This document shows, piece after piece, positions 1 through 7,876 of a stretch of DNA of 32,000 bases; within the stretch, counting starts at the first letter, position 1, and each line of letters opens with the position of its first letter. The stretch is from NCBI GenBank assembly GCA_030614005.1, contig JAUWKS010000014.1, positions 30,673-62,672 of the forward strand. Reading direction: 5' to 3'. This DNA comes from Candidatus Heimdallarchaeota archaeon (GTDB lineage: Archaea > Asgardarchaeota > Heimdallarchaeia > JABLTI01). The translations under genes were made by a program, and so were the position numbers. The notes beneath the pieces are model-generated. The model made no database searches. It was not told where the DNA came from and saw only the letters and a program-made list of their open reading frames with translations.

Positions 1-1
1 A

Positions 2-2260
2 CAAGTTGTCGGAGCCTCCGTTAATCAAAGTAATGCCTTAAACTATAATGATTATAATTTCTCAGATGAGGATTTAATCAAGCAAATTAAAATAGCAACT
101 ACATCACTTACTTCACTTTATAATAAAAAGGAAGGACTTTTTGTTTGGAATGTGCAGGATCCATATAATCTTTCTAGATTTGGCGATTTAAGTGATTTAA
201 CTAATGGTCAGGAATGCTTTGAAGTTTTAGATGGTCAATTATGGCTTGATGGTTTAGCACAAGATGTATCATTACAATATCTTTTATTGAAGAATTATGT
301 TTCGACCTCTTTGCAATTTGTTGGTTCAATGGATGAACATAGGCAATTCAATCGCGAATGGGTTTTCATGACATATGAAATTATTCATTCTCTGTATACT
401 AATGTGGCCAATAGTGATTTCTTATTAAGCGTTTTAAATGCTCTATCTTCCAATAATGATACATTCGGAGAATTTTGGAATGTATTAATTCGTCCAAAAT
501 ACAATTCTTTTATTCAAGAAGAAATTTCTCTATTATGTGATACACTTGTTTTAGGCTCAAAGATTCTTCGAGCAGCTGAATTTATGCCTTACTTTAATTT
601 TTATGAAAAATCTATTCTACTTATATTATCTGATCAGATAAGTGATTGGTGGCAAGCTATCAATAAATATGCTCTATATGATCCCGATTTTGCTATTGCA
701 GGTATAGGTTCATCAAAAATTCATAACGATTATCGTGGATGGATTGATTGGCGGATATTCAAACAATTAGCTAATAATGGTACTTTTACAACAACAGCTG
801 TTTTTACTCCTGAACATGCAAGCTTACAGACACTTATTTTTACTTCTCCTCAAATCGCTAATTTATACCTCGAACAAATTGAGAAAGCAAATGCAAAGTA
901 TTCCTATGGTTGGAATGCAGAACACCATTATTATGATGAAATATCTGATCCCTTAGCTAATGAAATCTATAATGAAATAATAAACTCCTATAATGAACAT
1001 ATTTTCTATGTACGCAATCATGTAATCTATGTCTTTAATCCTCAATATAGTGTTAGTTGGTCTCCGTTACCTGAAAGGTTTCAAGGATATTCATATTATT
1101 GGGATGATTATTTTGTTGACTCTCAAGGTTCAGAAAATGACCTGTACGCATATCGTATCGATAACTCTCCTCTAAAAATTACTGGTACACGAACCTATCA
1201 AGGTGCAGGCGATATTAGAGGTTTAATGGATGTTTATAACGTAATTTCCCATTCATTTACTGATGATGATTTTTTGCAAGGTTTTGAAAAAGAAGCTTTC
1301 AGAATTTTGGAACAAATATTAAAAGCTCAAAGAAGTGATTCCGCATTTGTTTTCAGTCCATATTTTGGTACTGCTCTGGATGAAAGTGTAGTTCGTAATC
1401 CTTTAATAAATGATGCTCAACTCATCTCCCCAGAAATTTTACCAGAAGGTCTTGACCAATTTACTGGTACAATGTCTGTTATGGAATTTTTACTTAAAGC
1501 ACAATCCGAATTGGCTATTTTTGGTACAGAAAAAATGAACTATTTGAATGAACAAGTACAAAGTACAATTCTATCTATTACTGATTTATTCGAGTTAATG
1601 ACTCACAAATCTACTATGGGTATCCCCAAGCAAACAATTCTTGGAAACACTAATCCACAAGAACATGAAACTTTCTATTATAGTGCAGAAAATATTGTTG
1701 TTTCCGTCAACTTTTTTGATGCAACCTCAAATGAAATTTTATTACCTGATTGGATTACCAATTATAATCCTTTTACATTCCTAGGAACTACCTTTATTTA
1801 TCAGTGGGATTACCTTACTTTACTTAAAGACGCATTCCTAAAATTGAATGATCCTACCATTGTTGCTCCATTATTTGATTCACTAATGCTTTTCAATGAG
1901 GATTTCTTACAAGATGACCAGTATCAACTTCTATCAATTTGTGAAGTTAAGGATGCAGTTGCTCGAACACTCTTCACTGAAGCGCTAACTGATAACAGTA
2001 TAATCTTGAGTGATAAAACAGGCATTTATGGCAATGCAATTCCATATAAATATCGTTCTGAAACTTCTTCTATAACTTATGCATTTGCATCAGAAACACC
2101 ACAACGTGTGTCTGCTTTAATTTTATCAATTCTGCCCCTCCTTTCTGACATTATTGATGTTATATCAAATCCAATTAATCAAATAGTCATTTTTGGATTT
2201 GTTAGTGGAGTAGTAATGACAGTTGCAGTTGTCTACATCCGGCGACCAAAACATCAGTAA
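2..2260 (+). CDS. Large putative surface/secreted protein with C-terminal membrane anchor, 5'-truncated by the window edge
   Basis: The frame of ORF 152..2260 stays open back to base 2 (QVVGASVNQSNALNYND...), so the true start lies upstream of the window. It ends in a hydrophobic helix plus basic tail (IVIFGFVSGVVMTVAVVYIRRPKHQ). No family motif recognised. Confidence 0.8.
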   Translation, partial: QVVGASVNQSNALNYNDYNFSDEDLIKQIKIATTSLTSLYNKKEGLFVWNVQDPYNLSRFGDLSDLTNGQECFEVLDGQLWLDGLAQDVSLQYLLLKNYVSTSLQFVGSMDEHRQFNREWVFMTYEIIHSLYTNVANSDFLLSVLNALSSNNDTFGEFWNVLIRPKYNSFIQEEISLLCDTLVLGSKILRAAEFMPYFNFYEKSILLILSDQISDWWQAINKYALYDPDFAIAGIGSSKIHNDYRGWIDWRIFKQLANNGTFTTTAVFTPEHASLQTLIFTSPQIANLYLEQIEKANAKYSYGWNAEHHYYDEISDPLANEIYNEIINSYNEHIFYVRNHVIYVFNPQYSVSWSPLPERFQGYSYYWDDYFVDSQGSENDLYAYRIDNSPLKITGTRTYQGAGDIRGLMDVYNVISHSFTDDDFLQGFEKEAFRILEQILKAQRSDSAFVFSPYFGTALDESVVRNPLINDAQLISPEILPEGLDQFTGTMSVMEFLLKAQSELAIFGTEKMNYLNEQVQSTILSITDLFELMTHKSTMGIPKQTILGNTNPQEHETFYYSAENIVVSVNFFDATSNEILLPDWITNYNPFTFLGTTFIYQWDYLTLLKDAFLKLNDPTIVAPLFDSLMLFNEDFLQDDQYQLLSICEVKDAVARTLFTEALTDNSIILSDKTGIYGNAIPYKYRSETSSITYAFASETPQRVSALILSILPLLSDIIDVISNPINQIVIFGFVSGVVMTVAVVYIRRPKHQ

Positions 2261-2328
2261 AATGATCAAATTACTGGTAAAAATAATTTTTTTCTTCATT
2301 ATTTTGCTTTATATTATATGACCTAAAA

Positions 2329-2336
2329 TTTATAAA
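2329..2336 (+). promoter_or_regulatory. Putative archaeal TATA box (TTTATAAA)
   Basis: TTTATAAA preceded by an A-rich BRE-like stretch, ~58 nt upstream of the 2394 ORF. Confidence 0.45.
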
Positions 2337-2393
2337 CAATATCAACCTTATTAGTTTAATAGTGTCTACTTATTGTGCTAGGAGCAGGGTCAA

Positions 2394-2924
2394 TTGCAAT
2401 CATTCCAAAATGAGATAAATAATTTTCTAAAAAATATCACCGAAGCTCGTAAATCGTCTTCAATAGATTTACTAAGACTAGATGATACTACATTAGCAGT
2501 TGTCGGATTACAATCTATTAAAATTCTAACTGATACTCAAAAAGAGATGATTGAATTATTGATAGATAACCCAAGATCAGGAGCACAACTTGCTAAATTG
2601 ACTGAGAAGTCTCCACAATTTATTTCGAAAATAATGAAGACTTTGATCAAATATCAACTTGTAGATCACATTCCAGCACCCTTTGGTCCTTCAAAATTCT
2701 ATACCTTGAAAGCAAAAATCCTAGGGAAGGATGAAATTGGAGTAATGAAGACTAAAGTAATCCCCTCTGAACTTAAAGATGAAATTGAACGCAGAGGAGT
2801 ATTTGGAAATTTAATGTCACTATCATTTCATGAAATATTAGATATGATTAGGGAACTTGACGAAAGCGAAAAACAAAAAGTCCTCGACTTTATAATAGAC
2901 TATACTCAAGTCGAGGAGGATTAA
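2394..2924 (+). CDS. Winged helix-turn-helix (MarR/ArsR-like) putative transcription regulator
   Basis: LIELLIDNPRSGAQLAKLTEKSPQFISKIMKTLIKYQLVDH followed by a beta-wing (SKFYTL) matches the wHTH pattern. Confidence 0.7.
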   Translation: MQSFQNEINNFLKNITEARKSSSIDLLRLDDTTLAVVGLQSIKILTDTQKEMIELLIDNPRSGAQLAKLTEKSPQFISKIMKTLIKYQLVDHIPAPFGPSKFYTLKAKILGKDEIGVMKTKVIPSELKDEIERRGVFGNLMSLSFHEILDMIRELDESEKQKVLDFIIDYTQVEED

Positions 2925-2978
2925 TCGCTGAACGACAAACAACCTAAATCGGCCAAAAAACCAGTCTTCACAAAAATT

Positions 2979-3713
2979 GTGAAGGAATCACTAAAATCGA
3001 TCATCTTAAGCGGCGAGAGCCAACTTGATAAGTTCGTTTCTCACCGCGTCCTATATTTTTTAGGTTTTCTAACAGGTTGGGATACTAGAATTTTTTCCTT
3101 AGAATTGTTGCCAATAGGTTATTTTCTAATTTGGTCAATTGTTCTTTTTGCTCTTAATGAAATTCCTTTTGCCTTAGTTTTTCTAATTTCTGGAATTATA
3201 ATATTCATCTATTTTATCTTGCTTCATACCGTTATTTCATCTTGGGATAGAATTAAACACTGGCTTATTCGCAGAGCTCAAAAAAGAGGTGGGGTTAAAA
3301 ATTTGACCTTGGATGACATCAAATATTTGTTGATATACACACGAAAAGTATTTGGTGTTAAAACTGAAGTCTCCTCCAAAAACGACAAACCATTTCATTC
3401 GGAAAATCTTCGAAAAATGTTGTTACATCACAAAAATTGGCAAAAAGTGTTAACTGCATTAGTTTTTTTTGCTCTTATTATTTTGACTGGTTTGGGGATT
3501 TATGGTGTGATCATCAATGCAAATATTTTAGATTGGTTGAAAGATTGGTGGTATTTTATTCCTGCACTTTTTTCAATTATTCTTGTAGGTATTATTGGAT
3601 TGGTTATTTCAAAGGCTAAAATCCGGGTTATAATAAATAACATCCCTACGGATAAATTTGATGAGGTTTTAAGAATCTTGAACGACTTTGAAGTTTTTGG
3701 GGGGAAAAAATAA
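2979..3713 (+). CDS. Hypothetical membrane protein (about 4 TM helices in two hairpins)
   Basis: 244-aa ORF with two pairs of hydrophobic segments separated by a basic soluble loop; follows the wHTH gene on the same strand. Confidence 0.7.
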   Translation: MKESLKSIILSGESQLDKFVSHRVLYFLGFLTGWDTRIFSLELLPIGYFLIWSIVLFALNEIPFALVFLISGIIIFIYFILLHTVISSWDRIKHWLIRRAQKRGGVKNLTLDDIKYLLIYTRKVFGVKTEVSSKNDKPFHSENLRKMLLHHKNWQKVLTALVFFALIILTGLGIYGVIINANILDWLKDWWYFIPALFSIILVGIIGLVISKAKIRVIINNIPTDKFDEVLRILNDFEVFGGKK

Positions 3714-3731
3714 GAAAAGAGATTATTCCAG

Positions 3732-4181
3732 TTATTCTTTCTTCTTTTTCCACTCAACCATATCTTCAATTGTTGTAAATCCCTTTTTTTGAGTTAATTG
3801 TGTTAAGACCAAATTCACTCTTGCTCTATCTAAATTTTCAAAGAAATTCTTACTCTTTGTTTCCGAATAGAATTCAAATAAAGGCATTATTGCTCTCTCA
3901 TCACCAAACTGTCCTAGAGCTATGGCAGCATTTCTTCTAGTTTCAACATCAGAATCAGTTTCAATTGCTCTATTCAATGCTTCAATTGCATCTTCATCTT
4001 CAATTCTTCCTAATGCTACTGCTGCCCGTCGTCGAACGCTTCTCTCGGAATCATTTAATAGAACTTCTTCAAGCTGTTTCACAGTATTAGCATCTTGAGC
4101 TAATGCTAGATTATCAACCGCTTTCTCTCGAACAGCTTTCTTTTTACTCTTAAGATTCGCTAATATTTTTTTCAGGTCCAT
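3732..4181 (-). CDS. HEAT-repeat (PBS lyase-like) protein
   Basis: Repeats VREKAVDNLA / VRRRAAVALGRIED / TRRNAAIALGQFGDERAI are typical PBS-HEAT units. Confidence 0.9.
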   Translation of the reverse strand: MDLKKILANLKSKKKAVREKAVDNLALAQDANTVKQLEEVLLNDSERSVRRRAAVALGRIEDEDAIEALNRAIETDSDVETRRNAAIALGQFGDERAIMPLFEFYSETKSKNFFENLDRARVNLVLTQLTQKKGFTTIEDMVEWKKKKE

Positions 4182-4207
4182 AATTTTGACTTCCTGCTTC
4201 TATACAA

Positions 4208-4957
4208 TTAAATAGGATCTCCGTGTAGTTTTCTCTGTTCTAAGTGATGAACCCAGTCAGTAATTATTTGTAACAATTCTCGCGGATTATCAATAATATG
4301 ATCGGCATCCAAATCATCCGTTGTAGAAAAACCCCAAGTTACACCTATCGTCCTAAGATTATTTCTTTTTCCTAGATAAATATCAAATTGTGTGTCTCCA
4401 ACGAAAATTCCATTTGTAATTTGTTCGTTTTTTAGAAATAAATTAAAGCTCTCTTCTTTATTTTTGTAATCGGTAATTACGGTATCAAAAACATTGGGTA
4501 TTCCAAAATGAGTCAGTATTTTTTCTCGTTCTTCGGGTTCGTTAAGCTCAATTTCGTGTGTCACAATAGCCATTTTAATTTTAGCCATTTTTTTTATTTT
4601 CAATAGAATTTCTGGAATGCCTGGAAAAGCCTTGACATTTTTCTTAAATTCATCTTGACGATACTTTTCGAAAGTTTTTCGACCACCAAAAACAAATTTT
4701 AATGGATTTAATTTGTACTTGAACATTAACTTAATTTTATTTGAAGAAGGAAAGTCTCTAATCAAGTTTTTTACTTGTTGCTGGGGGAAATCTCTTCCTA
4801 AAAACCTCGAATAAGCATTTGATAATGCGTTGACAGTGTCTACTAATGTTCCTGAATAGTCAAAAAATATCCAAGGTGTTTCATTTAAATTTGTGATATG
4901 GGATTTTTTTTCTATTTCATCCAATTTTATTATTTTTTGCTTATTTTTAACAGACAA
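4208..4957 (-). CDS. HAD-superfamily hydrolase (phosphoglycolate phosphatase-like, variant motif I)
   Basis: Motif I FFDYSGTLVDT, motif II AIVT, motif IV FVGDTQFDI, and C-terminal GVTWGF...ADHIIDNPREL. Confidence 0.85.
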   Translation of the reverse strand: MSVKNKQKIIKLDEIEKKSHITNLNETPWIFFDYSGTLVDTVNALSNAYSRFLGRDFPQQQVKNLIRDFPSSNKIKLMFKYKLNPLKFVFGGRKTFEKYRQDEFKKNVKAFPGIPEILLKIKKMAKIKMAIVTHEIELNEPEEREKILTHFGIPNVFDTVITDYKNKEESFNLFLKNEQITNGIFVGDTQFDIYLGKRNNLRTIGVTWGFSTTDDLDADHIIDNPRELLQIITDWVHHLEQRKLHGDPI

Positions 4958-5083
4958 ACTCCATCACCATTAGTTCTTCTTTTTTCAATAGATAAAAAAC
5001 AGCTTAATTGTAGTTCAAATAAACTTTCGCTTAATGCTATTTTTTCTATACAATATAGAATAATTGATACTAACTTTTAGTAG

Positions 5084-5091
5084 TTTATAAA
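5084..5091 (+). promoter_or_regulatory. Putative TATA box of the radA-like gene
   Basis: TTTATAAA 22 nt upstream of 5113. Confidence 0.5.
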
Positions 5092-5112
5092 GAAAATACA
5101 CCGTGGGATAAT

Positions 5113-6483
5113 TTGAGAAAAAAGACGAGTGTGAATATTTTGGTTATTAAGAAAAATGAAAATACTGACATAGAGCAATTTACTGCTAAACATGCTAAAA
5201 AATATGGCATTCCAAAAGTTGCACTTAAAGCCTTGAAGGATTTCGGGATTTTTGATGCACGTGTACTTAGTGTCCTAACAGAAACGGAAATTGCTGCCAT
5301 CCCAAATATTAGTGAGAAAACTGCTTTAGCATTAGTGCGAGCAGCAGATGATAGTTTTAGAGGGCCACTTTTTCAGAAAGCTTCCGAGCAATCTGAAAGA
5401 TTCCTCAATAAACGAAAATATTTCACTACTGGTTCAGAAGTATTTGATGAACTCTTAGGTGGCGGTATGCCAACAAGTGCCATAATTGAAATTAATGGTG
5501 AGTATCGTACTGGAAAAACTCAAACATGCCTTACATGTGCAGTTACTGCTCAACTTCCAGAAGATAAGAATGGTTTAGGAAGACCAGTTATCTATATTGA
5601 TACTGAGAATTCATTTCAAGCTACCCATCTCCAAGATATTGGTAAAAGATTTGGATTTGAACCAGAAGAATTATTGAATAATATTTTTGTTGTGCAAGCA
5701 GAACAATTACGATATCTCGATCAAGCTATTGATAGATTGCCAGGTTATGTTCAAGCTTTGGATCCTGGATTAATAATAATTGATTCACTTATGGCTCCTT
5801 TCAGAAATGAGTTTCATCAACTAAATCTCCTCGCTGTACGACAGAAGAAAATTGGAAAACTCATTGGTTTACTGAAGAGAATAGCTATTGCCTTTAATAC
5901 AACAGTTATTTTCACCAATCAAGTTTTGGCTAATATTGGTCCTTCTGCAGCTTACATTCCTGTAAAAGCTACTGGTGGTCATGTTATTGCTCACGCATCC
6001 GATATCCGAATTTTCATGAGGAAATCTAAAGGCACTCTAAGAAAAGCAAAAATCGATGATTGTGCTTGGTTGCCATCTGAACAAGTGGAATTTTACATCA
6101 CTAATGCTGGAATTTCTGATGAGGAAACCATCATATTAGATGGATCAAAGAAAAAAGTTGCCGCAACAGAGGATATTGAACCAGAAGAGAAGATTGAAAC
6201 TCCATTACTTGCGGGTATAAAGGAAGTTGCTGAACAGAAGAAAGCCCAAACAAAAACCAAGAAAAAAGAGAAAACAATTGAAAAAGAAGCAGCTGTTAAA
6301 GAGGATCTAAAGGAGGAACAAAAAGAAGAAATCTTAGAGCATTCTCTATCTGATTTAGCTGTTGATATGATTGAGCTTGAGGAAATGGAACCCCAACCTG
6401 AAGAAAAGTCAAAACCAAAATCAAAAACCAAATCTAAAGCTAAACCTTCCTCTGCAGCAAAAAAGTCAAAAGTCCCTGCATAG
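5113..6483 (+). CDS. radA: RadA/Rad51-family recombinase (or close paralog) with long charged C-terminal extension
   Basis: N-terminal HhH domain (IPNISEKTA), FxxA polymerisation motif (FQKA), Walker A GEYRTGKTQ, YIDTENSF, Walker B IIIDS, TNQV and GGHVIAHAS. The start may be GTG 5131 or TTG 5140. Confidence 0.9.
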   Translation: MRKKTSVNILVIKKNENTDIEQFTAKHAKKYGIPKVALKALKDFGIFDARVLSVLTETEIAAIPNISEKTALALVRAADDSFRGPLFQKASEQSERFLNKRKYFTTGSEVFDELLGGGMPTSAIIEINGEYRTGKTQTCLTCAVTAQLPEDKNGLGRPVIYIDTENSFQATHLQDIGKRFGFEPEELLNNIFVVQAEQLRYLDQAIDRLPGYVQALDPGLIIIDSLMAPFRNEFHQLNLLAVRQKKIGKLIGLLKRIAIAFNTTVIFTNQVLANIGPSAAYIPVKATGGHVIAHASDIRIFMRKSKGTLRKAKIDDCAWLPSEQVEFYITNAGISDEETIILDGSKKKVAATEDIEPEEKIETPLLAGIKEVAEQKKAQTKTKKKEKTIEKEAAVKEDLKEEQKEEILEHSLSDLAVDMIELEEMEPQPEEKSKPKSKTKSKAKPSSAAKKSKVPA

Positions 6484-6545
6484 AAAAATCTGCGGAAATA
6501 AAACAATTTCAAATTTCACCCAATGAAATCTCTCGAGAGTTGCCT

Positions 6546-7859
6546 ATGATAAGCGATGATAAACAGCAGAGCTACTCTGCTGGATCTCTTGGTTCAATGC
6601 GAAATATTCTCTTAATTTCTTTTGGAGCTTTCATTTGGTCAATTTATCTTTCCATTCAAGGACAATTTCTGAATGATTACATTGCTGATATGGTTACTTA
6701 TACTCCATTGAAAATTTCTTTAATGGTAAGCTTAGTTGCAATGACTGGAGCATTTGCCAGCATAATTTTTGGTGCAATTAGTGATAACCTTAGAATAAAA
6801 TTTGGAAGAAGAAAACCATTCATAATTATCGGAGGAGTTTTTTCTGCAATATTCTTCTTTCTCCTGCCTTTTCCAAATGCAGTCGCAGCGATTATTGCAA
6901 TCAATGTTGTAATGAGTTTATTCAATAATGCAGCTTTTGTTTGTAACAATTCATTTATACCTGACACTACATCAAAGAAAAAACTTGGAAAAGTAAATTC
7001 TTTCGCAGCTTTGGGCACGTCTATTGGAACTGTTGTTGGCTTTGCTATAATGATGATAAATTCAACCAACACTCTTTTCTTCGTTTCTGGGGCGATATGC
7101 TCTCTTGGTTTTCTAATTGTAGGAATATTTATTCAAGAACCAATTAATCAATCAGAACCGAAGAAATGGTATGAATCTATCAAAGAAACATTTCATCCTA
7201 GAAGTTTGAAAAATGAAAAAGGATTCTTCAATTTCTTGATAAGTCACTTTCTATTACACACCGGAATTAACGTTTACATTCCTTTCCTTCTTATATTTCT
7301 CACACAACAAAATAATCCCTCAAGTGGAGAACTCATAGGATTAGGACTATCCATTGAAAGTGGTGAAGTTCTTGTGATATTTGCTGTAATGACTGTTGTT
7401 TCATTATTAGCTACAATTCCTATTGGAATTTTCTCTGACCGAATTGATACAAGTTTATTTTTATTGATCTCTCGAGTAGTTTTTGCAATTACTACAATAC
7501 TCTTGGCTTTGACCCCCTTAATTCGCACACTTAATCCTTTGTTTGTTGGAGTTTTGTTTATAATCCCTTATGGTATTGCTAATACTGCTGATATAATCTC
7601 TAGAGGAGCATTGATGCATAAATTAGCTCCTAAGGAGAAGCGAGGGCAATTTTTAGGTTTAACAGTTTTTGTTAAAATTTTGGCTCAGATTCCCGGTGTA
7701 ATCATAGGCGGTTTATTAGCTCAATTTTTACAAGGAGGATACCAATTTGCCTTTGTTTTTGGAGGAGTTATCGTTCTTCTTTCTTTGCCTTTTATTTCAT
7801 TTACAAAAATACGAACTCCGTTAATTCAAGAAACAACAGAAAAATCTCTCTCAAATTAA
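6546..7859 (+). CDS. MFS transporter (GPH/sugar-porter-like)
   Basis: About 12 hydrophobic segments; loop motif GAISDNLRIKFGRRKPFI and a second-half GIFSDR. ATG 6546 preferred over TTG 6540. Confidence 0.9.
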   Translation: MISDDKQQSYSAGSLGSMRNILLISFGAFIWSIYLSIQGQFLNDYIADMVTYTPLKISLMVSLVAMTGAFASIIFGAISDNLRIKFGRRKPFIIIGGVFSAIFFFLLPFPNAVAAIIAINVVMSLFNNAAFVCNNSFIPDTTSKKKLGKVNSFAALGTSIGTVVGFAIMMINSTNTLFFVSGAICSLGFLIVGIFIQEPINQSEPKKWYESIKETFHPRSLKNEKGFFNFLISHFLLHTGINVYIPFLLIFLTQQNNPSSGELIGLGLSIESGEVLVIFAVMTVVSLLATIPIGIFSDRIDTSLFLLISRVVFAITTILLALTPLIRTLNPLFVGVLFIIPYGIANTADIISRGALMHKLAPKEKRGQFLGLTVFVKILAQIPGVIIGGLLAQFLQGGYQFAFVFGGVIVLLSLPFISFTKIRTPLIQETTEKSLSN

Positions 7860-7876
7860 GTAGACTAATTATTTTA

